A DNA stretch of 64,000 nucleotides from Octopus bimaculoides (lineage: Eukaryota), in assembly GCF_001194135.2 (NCBI RefSeq), contig NC_068981.1, forward strand, positions 160,784,718 to 160,848,717, read 5' to 3'. Each line of letters opens with the position of its first letter. Position 1 is the first letter of the stretch. A model generated the notes under the pieces. That model searched no databases, was not told the DNA's origin, and saw nothing but the letters and a program-made list of their open reading frames with translations. Position numbers and translations under genes: made by a program. Below, one piece after another: positions 1 to 12,902 of this stretch.

Positions 1-78
1 TATATATTTATATATATATTTATATATATATTTATATATATATTTATATATATATTTATATATATATTTATATATATA

Positions 79-118
<40 letters not shown>

Positions 119-135
119 CACATACATACATACAC
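1..135. repeat. (TA)n/(TATATATT)n and (TACA)n microsatellite
   Basis: Directly visible. Confidence 0.95.
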
Positions 136-2027
136 AATTTGTTGTAACTGATTATTCAATAAATTTTGCATTCTTACCTCATTACTTGCTATACACCTCA
201 CTTACTCCCTTAAATTCAATACACAATAATTTGCACTTCCCAATTACAAGGTGTATGGTGTATAATAATAATCCTAATTGTACTATATTTATTATGTTCT
301 GTGAAGCGCCAAGACGTTCTCCTAATATTGACACTTGAGACTAAATTGCATACTAAGTGGAATGCCTTAAGCGTAGTCAACATTCAGTTTATTTGACTTG
401 TTGCAGAATGTTGGCTGGAGGTGAAAATAGACAGGGCATGAAGTCTTAAGACATACTCTAGTGGAAAAGAATTCTAGATGGATATTAGGAGAGGGTGGTA
501 AGAGGAGTATGTGAGACTAAGTGGAGGTGGTATAGAATTAGCAAATGGAAAAGACTTGTAGTAATGGAATCATGTAGGAAAGCAGGTGAGGATACAGATT
601 GATATTGTGTTTGTAGACCCTGAACTTTTTATTTCCTTAAGTCTCTCATTATTGGATGTATATTTTTTTTCTTTTACATACTTTGTATATACTTCAGTTG
701 ACAAAACTCCAGGGTATCACCGAGTCTTTTGTGTTTAACCATTTCATTGTGGCATTCTGATATATCCACTCAAAATTTTTTGACCCCTTACATGTGGAAA
801 GCAGTTTTATATACCAATCTATCTGTTGTTGAGGAATGTCCTGTTTAAAACTATATTCTGTTGAGATATGGAAAGCTTACTGAGGCAGTGTAACTTGCAG
901 AAAATACCAATTCCATTCTTTAGTGGTTAGTTAACATCATTACTGAAATAACCATGAAGTTTAATTTCACAGTGAAAGGGTTAACTAAATTTATAGGAAA
1001 TAAAGTTGGTCCTGTCAGAATTTGAGACACTGAGCAAAATTGTGTATCATTTCAGTTCAGTTCTCTATCTTCTGTGCTATTACTATCAATATAATGATAA
1101 TGAGAATTCTTCTACATACAGACTGCAATTTCTAAAACCAGATAACAGGAAAATATGACATTCTTCTTTCTCTTACCAGACTTATAAATGAAGTTGATTA
1201 CTTTTGACATTGACCCATAACTGGGTTGTAGACATGTTTATCTTTCCATGCTACAAACTAATATTTTGTTTTTTTTGACACACAGCATGAAGCCAATTAA
1301 TTTGTAAGGGTTAATGGAGTACTCAGTAAACTCATTACTATGTATAATTGCAGTGTTAGCAATCCCTTAGTGAATGCAAAATATATTTTGTTTTTACTTT
1401 GCCCATAATCAGTTTTAATTGAGCTGACCTATGGTCAAAAGTGTTCCAGCCATGAATGATACTCTCATTTATTTGTGGTTTGTGTGTACATTATCAAAGT
1501 GTTTTTCATTTAAGACAATTTTGATTTGAAGGAGATTTTGCTGCCATTTCTAGTAGTTTGAATAATCTTGTAGAGACTTCCTTGAGGCAATCTAACACTG
1601 AGAATCTTGAGAATCCAGAGAGTTGCATCAAGTTTCAGTCTGATTTGGTTTGGTTTGGTTTCTATGGCTAGATGCCCTTCTTAACACCAATTACTTTACA
1701 ATGTGTGCTGGGTGCTTTTAATGTGGCGATGTTTAGTGATTATCTCAATTAAGTGGTTGTTAGTGATCTTATATCTTTTATGATGCTATTCTAGTAATGT
1801 TCTGGAGTATTGTTACTGAAGTTTCTAAAGACAGTGTTTTTACAGAAATATGGTTACAAAAGCATTAAATTCTAGGTCAAACTTATAAAAAATTATTTCA
1901 TTCTTGATCATCTTGTCTTTTTGTATATGTACAACTACTTTGTCTAATATATCCATCCTGTTTTAAGACAAGGTGTGATTTGAAGGAATTTTGTTACTAT
2001 TTCAAGCAGGCTAACTGTTTGCATAGA

Positions 2028-2028
<1 letters not shown>

Positions 2029-2078
<50 letters not shown>

Positions 2079-2296
2079 NNNNNNNNNNNNNNNNNNNNNN
2101 NNNNNNNNNNNNNNNNNNNNNNNNNNNNNNNNNNNNNNNNNNNNNNNNNNNNNNNNNNNNNNNNNNNNNNNNNNNNNNNNNNNNNNNNNNNNNNNNNNNN
2201 NNNNNNNNNNNNNNNNNNNNNNNNNNNNNNNNNNNNNNNNNNNNNNNNNNNNNNNNNNNNNNNNNNNNNNNNNNNNNNNNNNNNNNNNNNNNNNNN

Positions 2297-2339
<43 letters not shown>
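2029..2339. repeat. (CT)n microsatellite spanning an N gap
   Basis: CT runs on both sides of the N run. Confidence 0.95.
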
Positions 2340-2347
<8 letters not shown>

Positions 2348-2720
2348 GCGGTTTCCATCATGAGGTTGATGTAGCTGATATTTAAGCTTACATTTCTGGT
2401 TGATTTGCACCGGGAACATATAAGTGTGAAAGGAGTTTCATATGGATGCCGATCTACAGTGGAAGTTTTGTGTCCTATGGGAATTGGCAAGATAAAAGTA
2501 GATAGTGTTTTTACTGCATTTCTAATGGTGAGTGACACTGTATTTTGTTTAGTTGACACAACACACTCATACTACAGGATTTTGCACTGTTTCCGTTCAT
2601 CCAAATTTTACTTGCAAAACATTGATCAACCTGAACCCGAGATAGAACGCACTTTGACCAAAGTGTCATACCATGATCTAAAGCACTTGTTTGCACCACA
2701 AACTTAACTAAACAGCCATA
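2340..2720 (-). mobile_element. Degenerate Tc1/mariner-type transposase N-terminal fragment
   Basis: Frameshifted minus-strand peptides SWYDTLVKVRSISGSG and HTYMFPVQINQKCKLKYQLHQPHDGNRYTW resemble the HTH/linker region of Tc1-mariner transposases. No TIRs found. Confidence 0.4.
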
Positions 2721-2949
2721 CCTATAAGTTGGAATACAGTTTTCTAGTCTAAGTGACAGTTACTGCTGTAGTAGTCTGTTATGATGTAGAGAATTCTGTT
2801 TTTGATGGTTTCTAATTTTTTTGTAATTTATAATAGATTAAGAGAGTTTAATCAGAACTGATGTTTTCAATAATGCATCATCTTATGTTGATGCTTGTGA
2901 AGTTCTCTTGGGTGTGAGGAAAAGCCTAAATATTCATTTATGACTGGTA

Positions 2950-3245
2950 GTCTGTTGGTTATGATGATGAGGGTTCCAGTTGATCCAATCAAGAGAACAT
3001 CCTGCTCAGACACTCCACAGATACACATACCCTTAATGTAGTTCTCGGGGAGATTCAGTGCGACACAGAATGTGACAAGGCTGGCTCTCTAAATTACAGG
3101 TACTACTCATTTTTAGCAGCTGAGTGGACTGGAGCAATGCGAAAATAAAGTGTCTTACTTGAGGATACAATGCACCACTTGGAATCGAACTCCTAACCTT
3201 ATGATTGTGAGCTGTATACACTAATCACTCAGCCACACATCTTCA
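2950..3245 (-). mobile_element. tRNA-derived SINE family C (CTGAGTGGACTGGAGCAA core); other copies near 38225-38552 (+) and 51520-51770 (-)
   Basis: Core agctgagtggactggagcaatgcgaaataaagtgtctt is shared among the three copies; tRNA-like head (ggaatcgaactc). Confidence 0.7.
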
Positions 3246-5782
3246 CTCATAAGAATGTTAGAATGTCACAACAATGCATTATTAGCATTTGCTTTACATC
3301 TCTCCAGAATTGATAAAATAAGTGCCATTTATGTACTGGGGTTAATTTAATCAACTAGACCTATCCCTTAACATCTGTGAAACTGTCTATTTTAGAAATC
3401 AGTATTAGCATTATTAATTAAATTTAACTCAAAGATGATGGTGTTGATAGTAAAGAGCCAAGTTAGATTACTTGCTTTATGTCTTATAATTGGTTGTGTT
3501 ATGTTTATATTTTTCCCTCAATTCTAACTGAAATTAGTATAGTCTTTCATCATTTTGATTTTATAAACCAGATACCAGTAATACACTAGGGTCTTTAACC
3601 TATCTTTACATAAAAGTACTATATACCTCACCAAAAAGAAACTCTTCTGATATGCTGTGTTTTTTCTACTCTATATGTATGCTGGTATTATTTTATCAAT
3701 TCCCCTTTGGAATTCAGTGGAACTTGATATTTTCCAGATTGGCTGGAAGAGCCAGGCAGTAAAAGGTAAGTTCCCAGTGAGCTGAGTCAGTTTGTAGATA
3801 AAGGGTTAAATTGCTTTGTTCTGTAAGTTATCAACTGGGAAAGCTAAGCTGCCAATATGATAGAAAGATTTGAGGCCATGTAGGAAAAAAAATCTAAAGT
3901 AAAACCTAGGAATGGACTAGATATTTCTTGCGGAGTTTCTTAGCTGTTAGTATAAAAAAAAAATGTTTCTTTTGAAAAGTGGGTAGAAGTGTGTAATAGT
4001 GGAAAGGTAGTGTGTTCTGAGTTAAACTCTTGAGAAAAGCATGAATACTATTCATCAATATATTTATTCTTTGTTAATGTGACTCAATTCTATAAATTAC
4101 CTAAAAAATAAAGTGGGCTTTGGAATAAAAAGAGTAAATGTCAGTTGATTCTTAAAATTAGTTACATTCTTTCTAATTGTGTTATCTTTCTCTTGTCTGT
4201 TACTGTCATTGAATAAAACATACAATAGCATACAATAGATTTATCTTCAAGGCGATACCTTTTTTTGTATATGTTCCCTCAAACTATCCTTAAGGAGGTT
4301 TCCAGAAAAAAATTTCTTTTTACACATTTGAACTTGACTTTCAGATAAAAGATTTTATCTTCATATTTTGTTAATGTGAACTTTGATTTGTTCATATATT
4401 ATAGTATATATATATATAGTTAATTAGTTACTGATTTATAAAGTTGGTGTGGTGGTGGGCTCATATTTTGTATTGTTAATTAATTTGATAGCCATAATGA
4501 TGTATGAAGTATGTTGCAGTTTTCTGTTTATGCTAGTTTTTATTTAAAAAATTGTAAACTAAAAACAATTGAGGAAATGGTGGAGTTGGCTTGCATGATA
4601 TTGGGCCTCACAAACAAGATCATGCAAATCCGAGAAAAAATGATTTGCTGCTCTATATACTCACCAAACCTATGTCTTAGTAGAAAAAAATAATATACAT
4701 GTCAAAACAGTGGTGGTGGTGAAGATATGAAACTAAACCATTTTTTTTCCATGTTTATTCTTCTTCCTCAATTAATCCCTTCCCTGATTAACGAGTTATT
4801 ATATTTTAATGTCAGAACCCAGAATGTCTTTGATAATTAATCAACTCAAGCAAGTAGCATTGATCTAGGGCTAAACAACAAAGGAAGTTATTTAATAGTT
4901 CTTATGTTAGGCATGAGTGTGGCTGTGTGATAGAACACACATGGCCAAGGTGCCATGCAGTGGGATTGAACCCAAGTTCACATTGTTGTGAAGTAAGTTT
5001 CTTAACCACACAGCCATGCTTTTTTTTTTAAAAATAAATTACTGCTGTGTTAATCGTATTTCATTTCAAAGTTATATTCTGCTATAGAATACAACTATAG
5101 AGTAGGTATTTACATTTATCTTATTACATACGGTGTTGGTTAAAAGCTATTGATATATTATGTAATTTAGTTTAGCAATGGAAATATTGTATTTCCATTG
5201 ATTTATTGTGTAATCCCCTTCAAATACCACAGTCCTTTGAGACTGGACTTCAGAACAAGTTTAAGAGCATTGAAATCCTGTATACATTTAAATAAATAAA
5301 AAAAAAATATATATATACTTAAAAGACTAGTTCTGGTTTCAAATCCAGTTAAGGTATTTTTTATTTATTACTAACCAAGAATATCAGTTATTCTTCACAA
5401 AGTTTGTGGGATCGGAATTAACTTATTTTTTTGTTGAAAAAATAGTTCTGTGTTAGAAATATAATTTGGTTTTGAAGCTCAAAGTGGAACAAGATATTTA
5501 TAGCTATTTGTAGAGTGTTCCATATTTTAGGAACGTAATTTGCTATGTGTTTTCCCACAATTGTGAGTTGATCATTGGTCCTGGGTAAACAGTACATCAA
5601 TTAACATTAACATTAATTTGCTATAAAGGTTGAGTGCATGCGAGTTGAGAAAGTGACTAGGGCATCAAAGACATTGACTGATGTGTATAAGGGGAGAGGA
5701 TGATATTGGTACAGGCATGAGATATAAATAGACGATACATGCTGAGTGAAAATCTGTTGAAAATTATTTATTTAAGGTTTAG

Positions 5783-6100
5783 TCAGAAAGGGCTGTGAGC
5801 ATGATCTTTACAAGCCTTTTTAGACATGATGTGAGATTGATACAGTTGGTGCTTAATTTGAACATGTACATGTTGACATTTGTTGGAAAAAACATGGATG
5901 GAAAGGGAATTCCAGAGGGCCAATGTCCTAGAAAGGAAGAAATGGGTATAGTGGTAGTTTGTGTAGGTTCTTGGGAGTGGGGTGCTGATACACAGAGTTG
6001 GATAGGCACTGGTAGAAGTGGTATGCAAGTAGCTAGTTGAAAATAGTAGAGGCTGTTGTTAGCAAAAAAAGCAGACAGCATTTAGTTGTAGTGTGTTGGT
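5783..6100 (-). mobile_element. CR1/L2-group LINE 3' fragment
   Basis: Minus-strand peptide PRTYTNYHYTHFFLSRTLALWNSLSIHVF matches the SFF.RT..LWNSLP C-terminal motif of CR1-group ORF2. Confidence 0.55.
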
Positions 6101-6359
6101 GTGTTGGTAACCCACAATTGAGGCAAAGCTGGAATGATTTGAGTAAAGTATGTAAGCTATAAAGATTTGAGAAAACCATTATTTCTTACGTATGTGACAA
6201 TATTGAACTGAAAAACTGTATTGCAAGCTATTTCTACTTCATTCCAACATGAAAGGACATACATTAAAACATTGATAATATTGCTGATAATTTATTTTAT
6301 GTCAGAAACCAAAAACGTTAATTTTGTAAGTCAGGACCAGTTATAGTAAAATATATATT

Positions 6360-6449
6360 GACACTTGGCCCAAGGTGCTATGCTGTGGCACCTTGGGCAA
6401 GTGTCTTCTATAGCCTCTATAGCTTTGTGAACGGATTTCATAGATGGAA

Positions 6450-6494
<45 letters not shown>

Positions 6495-6690
6495 CCCTCT
6501 CCCCACTGTTTGATTACTAATGTTGGTTTGTTTACTTCCCCATAACTTAGCAGTTCACCAAAAATAGACTGATAGAATAAGTACCAGGTTTAAGAGGGAA
6601 AATAAGTATTGGAGTTGATTGGACTAAAACCCTTCAAGCTAGTGTCATGACATGGCCAAAGTCATGACTGACAAAAGTAAGAGAAAAATA
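6360..6690 (+). mobile_element. tRNA-derived SINE family B (ttgggcaagtgtctt core, internal (GT)n); copies or fragments near 4910, 9590, 11340, 16240, 25910-26300, 28850-29370, 31110-31490, 31590-31980, 32310-32760, 46550-46800
   Basis: Recurrent motifs ggcaccttgggcaagtgtcttctatagcc, cccataacttagcagttc, gatagaataagtacc and gcagtgctccagcatg. Confidence 0.75.
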
Positions 6691-7619
6691 AATGCTTTAT
6701 TTCTTGTTTATTTTTTTGGGGGGTGGGGGTGCGGTTAGTGTGGGAAAAGTTAAAATAAGTTTAAAGTACATTTAAAGGATGGTTCATTTGTATTTTCTTT
6801 TAGGTTCTATTAGACATAATATTGGTAGAACTTTAGAGCATGAGGCCAACACTTAGGAAATTGAGACTCCAACCTAATTCTGATTTCCTCTTGGGGCTTA
6901 ATTCACTTAAGTTATTAAAACAGGACCTTTATAAAATTTTATTCTCTTTCTCATGTAAGTTTGGACCTAAGGAACAAGCAATTATTCTTTTTACAGAGAC
7001 AGGCAATGGTGTAGTAATAAGTTCTTGGCAAACTTGGTGGGTTTTATATTCTGATTTTGATTTTAAAAAAATTAAAGTCTCTACACTTGGGAAAGGCATG
7101 AATGTCACAATGTTTCATTTTTCCCCTCCTTTATAGCCAAGATGCATATAAAACTCAGATGTGTCATTAAAAAAAAAATTTTTTACACTTTATCAAAGTT
7201 ATATTAAATAGGTTACGATTATGTCATTTTCTTTAATATTCACAATGAATGGCTTCTGCACAAAAGGAAATTACAGCTGACAACTGGAATTTAAATCTGT
7301 TTCTTCTGCTTTCAACTTTAAGCCCCAACTGCCTATCCACTAGGTCATGTTGACATTTTCCTTACTTTCCACAGAAGTGGAAGGTGCCACTGGCAAAAAA
7401 TAAATAAATAAAATAAAACCTACTAAACTATATTATTAAATGTTTACTGTAACTAATTTACTGTTTCATGTCTTTAGCATTTAAATCCAGCAAATGGTGA
7501 CATTTTTGATCACCCATCCAGGATCTCATAAGTGTGGTTGACTCAATTAATTGTAGTTCATCCTTTTATTGAAGGCCAGTAGGTTTAGGCAAAATATTTT
7601 CTGGAAAAAAGAAAAAAAA

Positions 7620-8080
7620 ATGTAATCAACTAGTCACCTCCCACCAAATTTTCAGGCCTTGTGCCTATAGTTGAGAGAATTATTATTGTTATTATTAAGG
7701 CAGTGAGCTGTCAGAATCATTAGCTCACTGAGCAAAATGCTTTATGGTATTTTGTCTATCTTTACGTTCTGAGTTCAAATTCTACCAAGGTTGACTTTGC
7801 CTTTCATCCTTTTGGGGGTCAATAATATAAGTACCAGTTGAGCACTGGGGTTGATGTAATTGATTCACCCACTCCCATGATCTTGCTGGCTTTGTGCCAA
7901 AATTTGAAATCAATATTATTATTATTATTATTATTAATCCACTGAGGCCAGCTTTGACTTTTGTTCTTTTGAGGTTGATTAAATAAGTACCAGTTGAGCA
8001 CTAGGGTTGATGTAATTTACTTTTCCACCACCCCACTAAAGAATTTGCTAGCCTTGTGCCAAAGTTAGAATTTAGTGATA
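7620..8080 (+). mobile_element. Tandem cluster of tRNA-derived SINE family A (aaggcggtgagctggcagaatc head) joined by (ATT)n
   Basis: Full copy 7697-7935 with B-box-like gagttcaaattc and ttgactttgcctttcatcc core; partial copies on both sides. Confidence 0.8.
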
Positions 8081-8096
8081 AAATATGAATAATAAC

Positions 8097-8460
8097 TTCT
8101 TTATTTTCCACAAGGGTGACAAATGAGGGAGTGTTCATTATTAGGACAAATTACAAAACTGGTGTGCAGAGGAGTATAAAGAAGCTGGTATAAAAAACAA
8201 TATTTATAAAAGGAAACTAAATAAAAGTCCTGATGCCAATTAGGTCCAGGAGTAGTGATACTGCCAGGGGCAAGTCTCCTCCCTCAGCTCTGTTCTCTGG
8301 CCTACAAGTGGATACTGAATGTAGGTCCATTCTCTCTGTCCATATTAGCCACTATTACCCACTTTTCAGCAAATTTACTGGTGGACATTCTCTTCCCCTT
8401 TACTTTCAGTTTCTTCCAGATAATAAAAAGATAAGTTATGTTCCAAAGAAATGACAGTGA
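8097..8460 (-). mobile_element. 3' end of a probable L1/Tx1-type LINE
   Basis: Minus strand gives KFAEKWVIVANMDRE, then a T-rich UTR ending cccttgtggaaaataaagaag (poly(A)-signal-type end). Clade assignment is inference. Confidence 0.35.
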
Positions 8461-9942
8461 ATTCATAGTTAACATTTAACTGTATAACTTCTCATTTTAG
8501 TGAATCTAGGTTGATTAATATTGATATTTTATTGATTTCTGGTATTATCATTTCAGTCAATAAAAACGTAGTAATAATAATAATGTTTGTGTCAATTTAA
8601 TAAACCAAATACTCTCTCCTCTGCAAAGCTATGGCATTGTACTGAAGTAAGCCAATATTATCACACCTTTGGGTTGATATTTAGCTTGTAGGAGCACATT
8701 GTTCAATAGAAGTCCTTCCTCTTTTTTCTAAAACAGCATAGTGTGATTTGAGAGAGATTTTGCTGCTGTTTCTAGCAGGCTAAGTGACCATGTGAAAGCT
8801 CACTCTCTTGTCTTTTCTTTACTTAAGATTTGGTCAGGTGTGATTTGAATAAAATTTAGCTGCTATTTCTAGCAGGTTGAATGGCCATTTGCAAGTCCTC
8901 TTGTTGGTTTGTCAACCATTCATTTAAGGTCATGCTGGGGCACTATTCAACTTCATTGTTTGATTTTTATTTATTTACATTTTTAAGATAATTTTTTTAG
9001 TGGAGGCTAAACAGCTATGTGAGAGAGTGTATTGACAAATTCATTGATTAATAATTTTTTGAAATCAATAACCAAGTGTTCAGATAATTAATTAAATATC
9101 ACCAGCATTAGCAGTACAATGGCAATGATATTAAGGGGCTTTACAGCTGGCATAATTAGAAAGTAGGAAGGGTGATTTAATTGTTAAAAACAATTACTCC
9201 AACACCTCATGCTAACCTGGGAAGTAACTGTAAAACAGTAAATAGAAAACTCTGTGTATGTATGTGTGTGTGTGTGTGTGTGCACCTGCTTAAGAACTTG
9301 ATTTTAAGCTTACTGGATTCAATTTACTTAATCAGACTGGAGTCTGGTGCAACCTTCTAGCGTGTCATCCTGGTCAAACTGCCTATCCCATGCCAGCATG
9401 GACAACAGACATTAAATAATAATGATAATGATGTAAAGTAAATAGCAGCTGTGGGTTCAGTTTTGATGCAGGGACAATACCTTGTATCTTTCATTATATA
9501 AAAAAATGCACAGAAAACAGTTTTTTTGATTTTTCACTGATGTTTATAGATTAAAAAGAAAAGAAAAACAAAAAAAAACCCAGCAAAAAATGCACACATA
9601 CATATACACAGTAAGCTTCTACATAGTTTCTGTTTACCAAATTCTGCTTACAAGGTATTGGTTAACTGAAGGCTTTAACAGAAGACACTTGTCCAAGATG
9701 ATACCTGGTGGGATTGAAGTGAAATTCTTTACCATACAGCATTGCTTGCACCTGTGCCATGCATTCTCTTTGTACTCTACACTCTCAAAACTATTCATCA
9801 GTTATATAACAGTTCCACTGAACCTGTAATTATTTTTTTCTACTCTGTAGTGGTGGAGCAGGGGGAATGTAAAGTAAATTGAATCCTATAAGCTAAAATA
9901 AACACGCACATATGCATACATACACATACATGTACAAATATT

Positions 9943-10158
9943 CTTTTCTATACTAGGCACAAGGACTGAAATTTTTTTTGGGGGGAGCCAGTTGATTAGA
10001 TTGACCCCAGTACGCAACTGGTACTCAATTTATCGACCCCGAAAGGACGAAAGGCAAAGTTGACCTCAGTGGAATTTGAACTCAGAACGTAAAGACAGAC
10101 GAAATACTGCTAAGCATTTCGCCTGACGTGCTAATGTTTCTGTCAGCTCGCCGCCTTA
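9943..10158 (-). mobile_element. Well-preserved SINE family A copy with target-site duplication
   Basis: Full head-to-tail copy that retains many CpGs; flanked by acatgtacaaatatt / acacatacaaatatt. Confidence 0.85.
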
Positions 10159-11466
10159 CACACATACAAATATTGCATCTGAAATGGGATTTCAAAATAT
10201 AGCAATTAACCCCTTAACTGCCTGTGTCATATTTTGGGGGCAGATTTTAAATTCAGTATAAGTAATGTTATACAAACTCTTGTGTTTCTATTGTTATATA
10301 AAATAAAAGATGTATGAAATAAAAAATAAGCAATATAACAGGAGAATTATAATCAGAGAGTTCCTAGGAATGAAGAAAATGAAAAAAAAATTATAAATAA
10401 CATTTGTAGTTGAATTATGGCCTTCAATGAATTAAAATAGGTTTCTTTTTATTCTTATTGTTTTATAACCACTTACAGGTTAGCCTGGGATGTACTGTTT
10501 ATTGCTTGATGGGAAGAATTGTAGAAAATGAACACAAGCTTATGATATATGACCTACCAACTATTTGGCCAGTAGCTGACTCTTGGTCAACTTGGTCAGT
10601 TGTGACTTCGAGTCAGTTTCACCATGCTGGTAATTGTGTCATTTACAATGAGCTAACTTTAATTTCTTATTAATTCGTCCTTATTATTAGCCGTGATATG
10701 GTGGAAAGCTGTCAAGAATAAAAGCAAGTGAACAATACCTACCATTTATTTTTCAACAAATAACCATTTCTGTTTGAGAAAGCAAACATTCTACTTACCT
10801 AAGTTGGCAGGGTGCCATATTTGTTTAGTGTTAGTTCGGTACAAATCATTTAGAAAGTAGCCATTCTAGGTGTAAAAACTATGTTGATCAATATATTGGA
10901 AATGTTTTTTTTTTCTTTTTTAATGGGCTTGGTAAATTACTCAAAAACCAATTCAATCAGGATAAATATTTTATCTTAGACTATTCTTGTAAGATTTTAT
11001 TTTTATGGTTTTTATTTTTCTCTGTGTGCTGGTGGTATTTGTCTTTCTTATTGCTAACTTAATTGAATGACTTGCAAACAAGATGGCTGATTTGGTAACA
11101 CATTCTAACTTGTTCTCATTCCTGATCAGCTATGATTAAACAAATCTACATCACTGATCAAACTAATCAACTGAAGCAAATGATCATTATTCCTAACATA
11201 ATGATCTCATCTATAATGAGATAAGCAATCTTAAAATTTAATGGAATTCTTTAAATATGAGGTTTCATCTACAAAATGCTACTTGTTGTCAATATCAGTT
11301 GGATCAGTTAACTAAAGGGAAGCTCTTCTGTTGTTCAGTTCTAATTCATTTGGCTTTGGTTGGCCCAAGGCTATAATAGAAGACACTTGCTCAAGATGCC
11401 ATGCAGTGGGACTGAACCCAGAATCATGTGGTTGGGAAGCATGCTTATCACACAGCCACTCCTGTG

Positions 11467-11468
<2 letters not shown>

Positions 11469-11545
<77 letters not shown>
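11469..11545. repeat. (TA)n microsatellite
   Basis: Directly visible. Confidence 0.95.
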
Positions 11546-11547
<2 letters not shown>

Positions 11548-11770
11548 TCATCATTTAGCGTCTATTTTCCATGCTGGCATGGGTTAGATGGTTTGACTGG
11601 AACTGGTAAGTTGGGGAGCTGTACCTGGTTCCAATCTGATTTTGGCTTGGTTTCTACAGCTGGATTCCCTTTCAAATGCCAACCACTCCAAGAGTGTAGT
11701 GGGTGCCCTTTACATGTGACCAGTAAGGGTGCGTTTTACATGTGACTGGTATGGGTGCCTTTTATGTATT
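11543..11770 (-). mobile_element. RTE-tail short retroelement (ends ccatgctagcatggaaa..gttaaatgatgatgat); other copies near 1615, 9320, 15190-15375, 22320-22620, 25283-25480, 27115, 32369-32525, 37678, 41130-41300, 56340-56583, 58780
   Basis: Shared motifs ctacagctggatgcccttcctaacgccaacc and catcatcatcatttaacatc..tttccatgctagcatggg. Confidence 0.75.
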
Positions 11771-12066
11771 ACCGAATGTGTGTGTGTGTGTGTGTGCGTC
11801 TCCTTGTCTTAACATTGTGTGATGGTTGTGAATGAGTGNNNNNNNNNNGTCTCCTTGTCTTAACATTGTGTGATGGTTGTGAATGAGTGTCACTGTCATA
11901 CAAGCAGTGTCATTCATTTCCAGTATTCTGTGAGAACATGCATGGATATGGGGAAATATCACCTTCCTTAGAAACAAGTGAGTGTTGGTGAAATGAAATT
12001 TGCCTCAAGATAAACTCTGTCCAGTTCATGCAAGTATGAAAAGTGGCCATTAAATGATTATATTAA

Positions 12067-12430
12067 TGTGAACCTTGAAGATTATGTGTATTTACCAGTT
12101 CATGCATATTAGGCTCAGTCTTAGTGTTAAACGAAGATCTCTTTGGACAACACTTAAATGGTTACATGAACTTGACAGTAACTGTACCACCGTACTGAAC
12201 TCCTCAACAAAATACAAAGTCAGAAATGGCATCAGAATCTTCTTTATAACTTACTAGAGATTAAGGTACTTACACCTTGTTATGTGCTTGGTCAAGAACA
12301 GTGTAGCCTAGAGAATTGTAAGCCAATAATTTCTTGTAAACAACCATCCATTATATTCAGATTGACTGAGAATGGATCAATAATCCATTTGGGGATGATC
12401 ATACCAAGCAGATCATTCATTGGGTTATTA
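12067..12430 (-). mobile_element. hAT (Buster/Charlie, ZBED/SCAND3-like) transposase C-terminal relic
   Basis: Minus strand reads NDLLGMIIPKWIIDPFSVNLNIMDGCLQEIIGLQ and then KKILMPFLTLYFVEEFSTVVQLLSSSCNHLSVVQRDLRL. This matches the W.I.PF / FPTSYL.E.GFS...RNRL...DLRL dimerisation region; stops and frameshifts present. Confidence 0.65.
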
Positions 12431-12804
12431 TGACTGCACAAATGATTGACTTAATAATAATTAGTTACCTAATTGAACATGAACACTGTGGTAGTACTAA
12501 TTGCTCTCATATATTATACATAAAATTTTATGTATTAAAGTTATCTTTATATTGTATTTTATATCTTTCACATGACATCTCACCTTATTCTTTATTGTTT
12601 AGTAGAATAATAGCATTGTTCATTTTTTTTATATTCAAATTTACAAGTAATTGATATTTATTGTTTGATAATAATATGTTGTAACTTTATAGAATCACAT
12701 CTCCTTCAAGAGTTGTGTTGGTTGGGCAGAGATCTTGACAGGTTTTTGAAGTAACCTTAAAGTCTGTTACGTTTGTGTTGGTTGGTTTCGTTAACAAAAA
12801 ATAA

Positions 12805-12902
12805 TAGAGAGAGGCAGAGAGAGAGAGAGGCAGAGAGAGGGAGAGAGAGAGGGAGAGAGAGAGAGAGGGGCAGAGTTAGAGAGAGAGAGGCAGAAATAGA
12901 GA
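12805..12902. repeat. Compound (GA)n/GAGGCA microsatellite
   Basis: Directly visible. Confidence 0.9.

Noticed and set aside
7697-7800. tRNA gene suggested by A/B-box-like motifs
   Set aside because: No cloverleaf; the motifs are SINE heads repeated many times
11797-11889. Exact 41-bp direct repeat
   Set aside because: It flanks a 10-N gap, so it is an unmerged contig overlap; same at about 30782-30825
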